From an uncultured Ruminococcus sp. (GTDB lineage: Bacteria; Bacillota; Clostridia; Oscillospirales; CAG-382), in the NCBI GenBank assembly GCA_964571635.1, contig CAZNCN010000005.1:15788-79787 (forward strand): a stretch of DNA of 64,000 bases, written 5' to 3'. Shown piece after piece: positions 9,617 through 16,459 of this stretch. The translations under genes and the position numbers were made by a program. The notes under the pieces are model-generated. The model was not told where the DNA came from, searched no databases, and saw only the letters and a program-made list of their open reading frames with translations. Positions within the stretch are counted from its first letter, which is position 1. Every line of letters begins with the position of its first letter.

Positions 9617-9717
9617 ATCGGCAGGGCGGTCAGCGCCGACCGTGCCTGCCAAAATACAACGGCGATATGCGACCGAGCGGCATTGCCTCTGCTGTTGTTG
9701 TATGCTTTTCTCTTTTT
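9617..9717 (+). ncRNA. Structured leader or small RNA of ~100 nt: two hairpins followed by a U-tract
   Basis: Hairpin 1 pairs ggcagg..cggtc with gaccg..cctgcc (9620-9650). Hairpin 2 pairs atacaac with gttgtat (9654-9703) and is followed by gcttttctcttttt. I recognised no known riboswitch consensus. Confidence 0.3.
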
Positions 9718-9816
9718 GGTTTATCTTTTTTTGCCTTCAATTTTTGTTTTTTTGTTTTGTGAATGTTCTTTCTCGCCGCTCGGTATATTCGCCTTAAAAA
9801 TGTGTGAGGTGTTTTT

Positions 9817-10812
9817 ATGCAGGACAATTGCCAAAAGATCAAATTGCTCAAGCTTTATGAGCTGCTTTGCCAAGAAACAGATGAAGAAAATCCGCTGACG
9901 ACTGCCGACATAATCGACAGGCTCGAGGCAATGGGCATCTCATGCGAGCGGCGCACGCTTGCCAAGGACATTGATGTGCTCAACGAACAGGGCTATGAGG
10001 TTCTGTCGCGGCGTGTCGGCAAAGAAAAGGGCTATTATGTCCTCGACAGGTCGTTTTCTGTGCCGGAATTAAAGATATTAATAGATGCGGTTCAGGCGTC
10101 GAGCTTTATTACCGAAAAAAAGACCGACGAGCTTATCAAAAAAATCGCAGAGCTCGGCGGCAGCCACAGGGCGAGCATATTCAGCAGGAATATGGTTTCG
10201 TTCAATACTCGCAAGCACAGCAACGAGCTGATATATTACAGCGTCGACTCTCTTGAGGATGCGCTTTATCAAAAGAAAAAAGTCTCATTCAGGTATTTTG
10301 ACCTCGATGAGCACGGCAAAAAGAATTATCGCAAGGACGGCGGAGCATATATTGTCGAGCCTGTCGGTTTGGTATTCCACGAGGATAATTATTATCTCGT
10401 AGCATACAGCGCAAAGCACGGCAAGACGGCGAATTATCGTGTCGACAGGATGGATTCTGTCACGATGCTTGATGAGCCTGTGGGCAGCGAAGCATTGACA
10501 CAGCGTGACGCGCTCGGCATTTTTACCAACGAGGCGTTCAAGATGTACGGCGGAGAGCCGACGACAGTCAAGCTCGGGTTTAAAAACCATCTCATAGGCG
10601 CTGTCTATGACAAATTCGGCGAAAAGGTCAGAATGTCGCGCATCAACAGCGAAACCTGCGTTGCAACAGTCAGAGTGCAGGTTTCACCGACCTTCTGGGG
10701 CTGGATATTCCAGTTCGGCAAGGATATGCACATAGTTTCGCCCGAAAGTATGCGTCGGCAGTATTTTGAGCGAGCAAAGGAGCTGCTCGATAATTCTTCC
10801 GCAAACAACTGA
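9817..10812 (+). CDS. WYL-domain transcriptional regulator (wHTH + WYL + C-terminal WCX-like region)
   Basis: 331 aa. The N-terminus (KLLKLYELLCQETDEENPLTTADIIDRLEAMGISCERRTLAKDIDVL) is typical of HTH-WYL regulators. The central YRVDRM / YYLVAY segment fits the WYL fold. A GTGAGGTG RBS lies upstream. Confidence 0.7.
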   Translation: MQDNCQKIKLLKLYELLCQETDEENPLTTADIIDRLEAMGISCERRTLAKDIDVLNEQGYEVLSRRVGKEKGYYVLDRSFSVPELKILIDAVQASSFITEKKTDELIKKIAELGGSHRASIFSRNMVSFNTRKHSNELIYYSVDSLEDALYQKKKVSFRYFDLDEHGKKNYRKDGGAYIVEPVGLVFHEDNYYLVAYSAKHGKTANYRVDRMDSVTMLDEPVGSEALTQRDALGIFTNEAFKMYGGEPTTVKLGFKNHLIGAVYDKFGEKVRMSRINSETCVATVRVQVSPTFWGWIFQFGKDMHIVSPESMRRQYFERAKELLDNSSANN

Positions 10813-10847
10813 AAACACAGCAAAAAATCAAAAAAACAGGCACCTTG

Positions 10848-10876
10848 TTGACGAAACGCTTTGAGGGCGATATATC
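10848..10876 (+). promoter_or_regulatory. Candidate promoter of a mini transcription unit
   Basis: TTGACG (10848-10853), a 17-nt spacer, then TATATC (10871-10876). Confidence 0.3.
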
Positions 10877-10895
10877 ATCAAAAGAGGTGCTTATC

Positions 10896-10943
10896 ATGTC
10901 GCACAGGTTAATTGCAAACCATAGATTGCTGTTTATTTTTTAA
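10896..10943 (+). CDS. Candidate 15-aa micro-ORF (MSHRLIANHRLLFIF)
   Basis: An AGAGGTG RBS lies 7 nt upstream of the ATG, and a terminator follows the stop directly. There is no homology evidence. Confidence 0.2.
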   Translation: MSHRLIANHRLLFIF

Positions 10944-10982
10944 GCACATAGGTCGCCATATTGACGACTTATGCGCTTTTTT
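10944..10982 (+). terminator. Rho-independent terminator
   Basis: The stem gcacataggtc / gacttatgcgc is 11 bp with one mismatch and one G-U pair, and is followed by tttttt. Confidence 0.6.
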
Positions 10983-11213
10983 GACTCGCACAAAATAACG
11001 GAAATTTTCGAAATGAAATTGACCATAAAGAAACATTTGCTATACATGGTTGGTATGACACAAAAACCGAGATCGAGTCGTTCGAAGATAATGCAACCAC
11101 ATATTCGGCAACAATCAGGTATCCTATACAATAGTCCTGCTTGTTTTCAAACATTTCATTACCGCCTTTTTGACTTTTGAAAGTTGTTTTGTAATATACG
11201 GTCTTTGCTTTTG

Positions 11214-12119
11214 CTATTTTAAGTCAAGCCTATATGAAATGTGCGAGTCGAACGGCTTTTGCGGTGTGCAGAGTATAATGCCGTCTGATGCGAATGACGG
11301 CACATATTGCGGCTCAAAGCAAAAGCCGCAATATTTTTTTGATGTCTCGCCGTGCTTAAGTGGCATTCCCTCGGTTATCGAGTTGCCGTCATAAAACTGC
11401 ATTCCGGGCATATCGGTCGTCATTTTAAGACTTGCGATATCGCTTTCGGCAATGGCAAAAGCACTGGCCTTGCGAAAAACAAAATGGTTGTCGCAGTCGC
11501 AGGTCGGCTTGCTGAATTGCCTGAAATCAAACTGTGTGCCGTCGACGGGGGTCGGCAGCGAGGATATTCCGTGCGTGTCGTGTGCGCAGTAGGTATCAGA
11601 GCTTATCATATAGCTGTATTGCCTCACGTCGCAGCCGCCGAGATTAAAATAGCTGTGTCCCGTCATGCAGATCGGTGTCGGACGGTTTGATTCGGCGTGC
11701 AGGTGCAGATGCAAAATACCGTCTGAAATATAATATTCTGCCAATGCATTGACGTCTGCGGGATAGCCCTCGTCGCCGTCCTTTGAATAAAGCGTCAGAG
11801 CTACATGCGACGGCGAAGAGCTTTTTATCGTCCATTCTCGCTTGTCGAACCCGACAAAACCGCCGTGAAGGCTGTTTGCGCCGTCGTTTTTTGATATGTC
11901 ATATTGCCTGCCTGCGACAATAACGGCGGCGTCACTTGTCCTGTTGCAGACCCTGCCGATCACCGCACCGAAATAGCAGTCGCCGTTTTTATAGCCGTCG
12001 ACATTATCATAGCCGAGCACGCAGTCAAAGCCGTGTTTTTTAAACGAAACAAGCGCAGCACCGTAGGTTAAAATGCGGCACTCTATGCCGCCGTCGGAAA
12101 TATCTATAAACCTGCTCAT
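11214..12119 (-). CDS. galM: Aldose 1-epimerase (galactose mutarotase family)
   Basis: 301 aa. VIGRVCNRT, NSLHGG and HSYFNL are the conserved mutarotase motifs. Confidence 0.8.
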   Translation of the reverse strand: MSRFIDISDGGIECRILTYGAALVSFKKHGFDCVLGYDNVDGYKNGDCYFGAVIGRVCNRTSDAAVIVAGRQYDISKNDGANSLHGGFVGFDKREWTIKSSSPSHVALTLYSKDGDEGYPADVNALAEYYISDGILHLHLHAESNRPTPICMTGHSYFNLGGCDVRQYSYMISSDTYCAHDTHGISSLPTPVDGTQFDFRQFSKPTCDCDNHFVFRKASAFAIAESDIASLKMTTDMPGMQFYDGNSITEGMPLKHGETSKKYCGFCFEPQYVPSFASDGIILCTPQKPFDSHISYRLDLK

Positions 12120-12249
12120 ATCATCACCTCTCGCTTATTATTGCACAAAAACAATTTCGTGTCAATAACAGCTTGTTCATATTTGTATGTTATAATATAA
12201 TGTTATTATTTTTAGCGATCTGATTTGATGTTTTGAACGGAGTCGAGTG

Positions 12250-13437
12250 ATGAAGCAGATGAACGGAACAAAATTGACCCTGCTGTGTGCGGCGGTCTAT
12301 TTTGCGGGATATATGACGAGACAGGGCGTGACCGTCTGCCTTGCCGAAATGATAGCCGCAGAGGCGTTTACAAAGCAGGAGCTTACCGCCTGCACGATAG
12401 GACTGTTTATAGTTTACGGCGCAGGTCAGATAGTCAGCGGCTGGCTGGGCGACAGGATAAACCCCGTTATGCTTATGGGTGTCGGACTGTCTGTTTCGGC
12501 AACGATAAACCTTTTTGTACCGTTTGTCACGAGCGGAGTATTGTTATGCGTGCTGTGGTGCATAAACGGCTTTTGCCAGGCACTTTTGTGGCCTCCGATG
12601 GCAAGAATAATGATCAGGCTTTTGGGCGACAGATATATGAGGTCGTGCGCACACGTGTTCTTTGGCAGCAGCCTTGCCACGATGCTGCTTTATCTGCTTT
12701 CGCCTGTGGTAATAAAATACTTTAACTGGCAGACTGTGTTTTATATTTCGTTTACGATAGGCATAGTTGCCGCAGCGATCTGGTTTATCTCGATGCGTGG
12801 TGTAAGGCTCGAGGCAGAGAGTGTGCCAAAGCCTGTCGGCAAAAAGCTCGCAGTGCCCAAGATGCCTGCCTCTATCGCTGTAATTATGCTGTGCATAGTC
12901 GCTATGGGAATGCTGCGTGACGGCATAACCACATGGCTGCCTGTTTATATAATGGACACCTTCGAGCTTTCGAGCAGCAGCTCGATAATGTCGAGCGTCG
13001 TATTGCCCATATTCAGCGTCGTCTGCTATGAATTGACCGCAAGGCTTTACGGCAAGCGTTTTAAGAACGAGATGCTTTGTGTCGCCGTTGAATTTGGCAT
13101 AGCCGCCATAGCGCTCTGCATTCTGCCGTATGTCTTTGATTCGTCACGCTTTGCCGCCGTGCTTTTGCCTGCAATAGTCGTCGGTTGTATGCACGGCACA
13201 AACTGTATGCTCACCGCCGCCGTTCCTGCGAGGTTTGGCAAGAGCGGGGGAGTGGCATTCTATTCGGGACTGCTTAATTTTGCATCGTATGTCGGTGCGG
13301 CGATCTCGACTTATGGTATCTCAGAAATATCAGACCGCATAGGCTGGCATTCTGTCACAGTCATCTGGGCAGCCGTCGGAATAGCCGGAACACTGCTCGC
13401 CATCGCCACGCTGCCAATGATCAAAAAGGGTAAATAA
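12250..13437 (+). CDS. MFS transporter
   Basis: About 395 aa with 12 predicted hydrophobic segments. The motif GWLGDRINP occurs after TM2. I take the ATG at 12250 (GGAG RBS) rather than the GTG at 12247. Confidence 0.75.
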   Translation: MKQMNGTKLTLLCAAVYFAGYMTRQGVTVCLAEMIAAEAFTKQELTACTIGLFIVYGAGQIVSGWLGDRINPVMLMGVGLSVSATINLFVPFVTSGVLLCVLWCINGFCQALLWPPMARIMIRLLGDRYMRSCAHVFFGSSLATMLLYLLSPVVIKYFNWQTVFYISFTIGIVAAAIWFISMRGVRLEAESVPKPVGKKLAVPKMPASIAVIMLCIVAMGMLRDGITTWLPVYIMDTFELSSSSSIMSSVVLPIFSVVCYELTARLYGKRFKNEMLCVAVEFGIAAIALCILPYVFDSSRFAAVLLPAIVVGCMHGTNCMLTAAVPARFGKSGGVAFYSGLLNFASYVGAAISTYGISEISDRIGWHSVTVIWAAVGIAGTLLAIATLPMIKKGK

Positions 13438-13455
13438 AGCATATTAAGCAATTAA

Positions 13456-13480
13456 AAAAAGCGCCATCGAGGCGCTTTTT
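13456..13480. terminator. Bidirectional terminator between convergent genes
   Basis: aaaaagcgcc-atcga-ggcgcttttt. Confidence 0.75.
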
Positions 13481-13497
13481 AATATAGCTTTTATTGA

Positions 13498-14910
13498 TCA
13501 GCTTGCCGATTCAAGCTTGAATGAGATCTCGACTGTCTGCCAGTTTTCGCCGCGGCGGTCCGATCTGTATGCCTTGACGGTTACAGTTGTGCCTGCACTG
13601 TATTTTTTGAGTGCGGCTGCGAGATCCTCTTTGGTCTTTATCTCTGTGCCGTTAAAGTCATAAATGACGTCATAAAGCTCGAGACCTGCCTGATATATTG
13701 CCGATCTGCGCGAGATCTCGACGACCATTACGCCCTCGGGCGGAGTTGTCGTGAAATAGCCTGCTTCGACAGCGTAATCGGAATTGATTATCGTGATGTT
13801 GAGCTTGGGGGTGACGGTGACGATGTCGTTGTCGGGTCTGTTTATCACCTCGCCGTGCGTGAGAATGATGTTGGCGATAGTGACTGCATTGTTGATGGGG
13901 ATTGCAAATCCGAGACCCTCATATTCGTCCATCAGCTTCAAGGTGGTTATGCCGATGACCTGACCTGCCATGTTGATCAGCGGCCCGCCCGAGTTGCCCG
14001 GGTTGATAGGTGTGCTGGTCTGCAAAAGTGTCATGGTCTTGACTACCGTGCCATAATCGTTGGTGACGTCGACATCACGCGCTATGCCGCTGATTATGCC
14101 GGGGGTCATAGTTCCTGCCAATGAAAGGTCATAAGGTGTGCCTATCGCTGAGACAGAATCACCGACCTTGACTGCGTCTGAATTGCCGATCTCGATAGGA
14201 ACGAGGTCGTTTGCATCTATCTTGAGCACTGCAACGTCGCTTGCATCGTCGCTGCCTATAAGCTCGGCACTGTATTCGTCGCCGTTATAAAATCTGACCT
14301 TGATGGTCTTTGCGCCCTCGATGACGTGGTGGTTGGTCATTATGTGACCGTTATTATCGATGACAAAGCCGCTGCCGAGTGCGCTGTTTGTGATGACAGA
14401 AACGCACGATTTTGAGCATTTCTCGTATATCTCACTGTACTCCGACGCAGGCAATTGTGCCATGTCGCCCGTTGAGATAAACTCTGTATAGCTGACATCA
14501 TCCTTGTCGGGTGTGCTGAGCACACCTTCGCTTGAAGAAGTGCCCGATGCAGACGGAACGGCCGACGTGTCGCCGCTGTTGTCGCTGTTATAAAGCACCG
14601 CAGTGACGAGTATCAGCACGACCAGCAGACATGCGGTCGCGGCGATGGCAAAGGCTTTTAAGCCGCCGTTCTTTTTGGGTGGCTTTTGTCCGCTCTGCCA
14701 CTGATAGTTATAGCCCTGTCCCTGTGTGCCGTACTGACCGTATTGCTGATTATATTGCGGCGCCTGGTATTGGCTGTATTGGTTATATTGGTTGTATTGT
14801 GGTCTGGGTATCTGATTTTCTGTCGGCGCTGCATTTTGCTGCGGCGTTTCGGGTGCTTGATACTGACCCTGTTCGGACTGATTGCCGAAGTTGTTATCTT
14901 GCTCTGACAT
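13498..14910 (-). CDS. htrA: HtrA/DegP-family serine protease with a PDZ domain and a Q/Y/N-rich N-terminal tail
   Basis: The catalytic residues are H (TNHHV), D (SDVAVLK) and S (GNSGGPL). A C-terminal PDZ domain and one TM segment are present. The ATG at 14910 is preferred on RBS spacing, although the ORF is open to 14919. Confidence 0.85.
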   Translation of the reverse strand: MSEQDNNFGNQSEQGQYQAPETPQQNAAPTENQIPRPQYNQYNQYSQYQAPQYNQQYGQYGTQGQGYNYQWQSGQKPPKKNGGLKAFAIAATACLLVVLILVTAVLYNSDNSGDTSAVPSASGTSSSEGVLSTPDKDDVSYTEFISTGDMAQLPASEYSEIYEKCSKSCVSVITNSALGSGFVIDNNGHIMTNHHVIEGAKTIKVRFYNGDEYSAELIGSDDASDVAVLKIDANDLVPIEIGNSDAVKVGDSVSAIGTPYDLSLAGTMTPGIISGIARDVDVTNDYGTVVKTMTLLQTSTPINPGNSGGPLINMAGQVIGITTLKLMDEYEGLGFAIPINNAVTIANIILTHGEVINRPDNDIVTVTPKLNITIINSDYAVEAGYFTTTPPEGVMVVEISRRSAIYQAGLELYDVIYDFNGTEIKTKEDLAAALKKYSAGTTVTVKAYRSDRRGENWQTVEISFKLESAS

Positions 14911-14977
14911 AGTCATCATTCCTTTCTATGTTTCTGAAACAATTATAATCCGTTTCTCTTAAAAAACGCTTAAAGAA

Positions 14978-16438
14978 TCAGGTGTCTATATCGATTATTT
15001 GCTTGCCGTGCGATTTTTTGGGCGAGTCGATAGCAGGCAATGTAAAAACAAATTCTGTGCCCGCCTCCTGCGAGGACGTGCAAACGATGTCTTCACCATG
15101 AGCGACGATTGTCGTGCGAACGATATAAAGTCCGAGTCCGGTGCCTGTTTTGTCAAGGTTACGCGATCTGTCGCTCTTATAAAAGCGGTCGAATATGTGC
15201 GAAAGCTCGTCCGGCGGCACGCATTCGCCGTTGTTGCATATCGCAAAGCGTGCCTTGCGCACACCGTCGGTATGTGTTTCTGAGATTGAGATCCTGATAA
15301 AGCCACGCTCGGGCGCAAATTTGATTGCGTTGTCAAGCAGGTTGAACAGGCATTTGTGTATCGCATCCTGATCAGCGTTGACATACACGTCGACGTCGTT
15401 GTCAAAAATGATGTCGAGCTTCTTTTGCTCTATGCGCTCCTCGCACGAGATGAGCACAAGCCGTGCCGTTTCGGAAAAGCAGAAATCAGACCTGCGCAAA
15501 GCACCTGTGCCTGCCTCGAGCTTTGAGATGTCCAAAAGCGTGCTGACGAGCCTCGAAAGTCGCTGTATCTCGCCGAGTATTATCTCGAGGTAATGCTCGT
15601 GCTTTTCGGGCGGAATAGAGCCGTCAAGCATATTATTGACATATCCTGCAATAATAGTCATCGGAGTGCGCAGATCGTGGCTGACGTTGGCAAGGAACGA
15701 TGATCGCATCGTTTCGAGCGCCTCGAGCGAGTCTGCCATCTTGTTGAACGCCGTCGCCACACGCGCTATCTCGGCGTTGTCGGGGATAGTCACTCGTGAC
15801 GTGAAATTGCCGTTTGCAAACTCCTCTGACACCTGCGCTATCTCGCGTATCTCATACGTTGCTCGCTCTGTTACGAAATATAATATCGTCGTTGCGAGCA
15901 CCAGAAGCCATAGTGCGGTTATGATGAGCGAGCTGACCATGCGCTCGTCGAGCTCAGAGCCTTCAACTGTCGTGTCAAACACGAGCAGAACCGCATCGCT
16001 GCCTGTGATATATCTGCATATATAAAGGCTCTTTGTGCCGAGCAGTCCGCTCAGGTCATCGGCATCGCGCATGAATCCATCTGAATAAACATAAGTGAAA
16101 TAATCAGAGGGGATAGTCTTGCCGCACATTTCGGACGAAAGCGTAGAGAATAATATCAAGCCGTCCTTGTCGGCTATGCAGACATTGCACACCGAGCTTG
16201 CGCACACGCGACCTACCGAGCTGTAAAACCGCTCTTTGAGCGCCTCGTCGGCGGCAGTCCTGTAATTAGATGCTTCGGACAGCAGGTTGACCGCTTCTGC
16301 AGTTTGCCTAACAGTCTGATAGTGCCTGTCGATGTTAGAATCGGTCAGTGACGAGATAGTTACCAGCACAATCAGCAATGTGCAGAAGGCGAGCAGCAGC
16401 GCAAAGACGGTCACGAATTTTGAAAATAGAGTCTTCAC
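14978..16438 (-). CDS. Membrane sensor histidine kinase (2 TM, HAMP, HisKA, HATPase_c)
   Basis: 486 aa with a GTG start and an AGAGGA RBS. The H-box is FLANVSHDLRTP, the N-box is LLDNAIKF, and the G-boxes are DRFYKSD and GTGLGL. Confidence 0.85.
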   Translation of the reverse strand: MKTLFSKFVTVFALLLAFCTLLIVLVTISSLTDSNIDRHYQTVRQTAEAVNLLSEASNYRTAADEALKERFYSSVGRVCASSVCNVCIADKDGLILFSTLSSEMCGKTIPSDYFTYVYSDGFMRDADDLSGLLGTKSLYICRYITGSDAVLLVFDTTVEGSELDERMVSSLIITALWLLVLATTILYFVTERATYEIREIAQVSEEFANGNFTSRVTIPDNAEIARVATAFNKMADSLEALETMRSSFLANVSHDLRTPMTIIAGYVNNMLDGSIPPEKHEHYLEIILGEIQRLSRLVSTLLDISKLEAGTGALRRSDFCFSETARLVLISCEERIEQKKLDIIFDNDVDVYVNADQDAIHKCLFNLLDNAIKFAPERGFIRISISETHTDGVRKARFAICNNGECVPPDELSHIFDRFYKSDRSRNLDKTGTGLGLYIVRTTIVAHGEDIVCTSSQEAGTEFVFTLPAIDSPKKSHGKQIIDIDT

Positions 16439-16459
16439 TTTGTGTTTCCTCTTTTGCTG

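Noticed and set aside
9510-9898. Several 70-100-aa ORFs on both strands in the T-rich region upstream of the WYL regulator gene.
   Set aside because: Their translations are low complexity (runs of F, L, C or K), they lack RBSs, and they overlap a promoter/hairpin/U-tract arrangement that explains the region better.
10969-11154. 61-aa minus-strand ORF downstream of galM (MFENKQDYCIGYLIV...) with a weak AGGCGG RBS.
   Set aside because: It has no recognisable motif, an odd composition and sits in an AT-rich non-coding-looking stretch. It overlaps the terminator of the opposite strand. The evidence is too weak to call.
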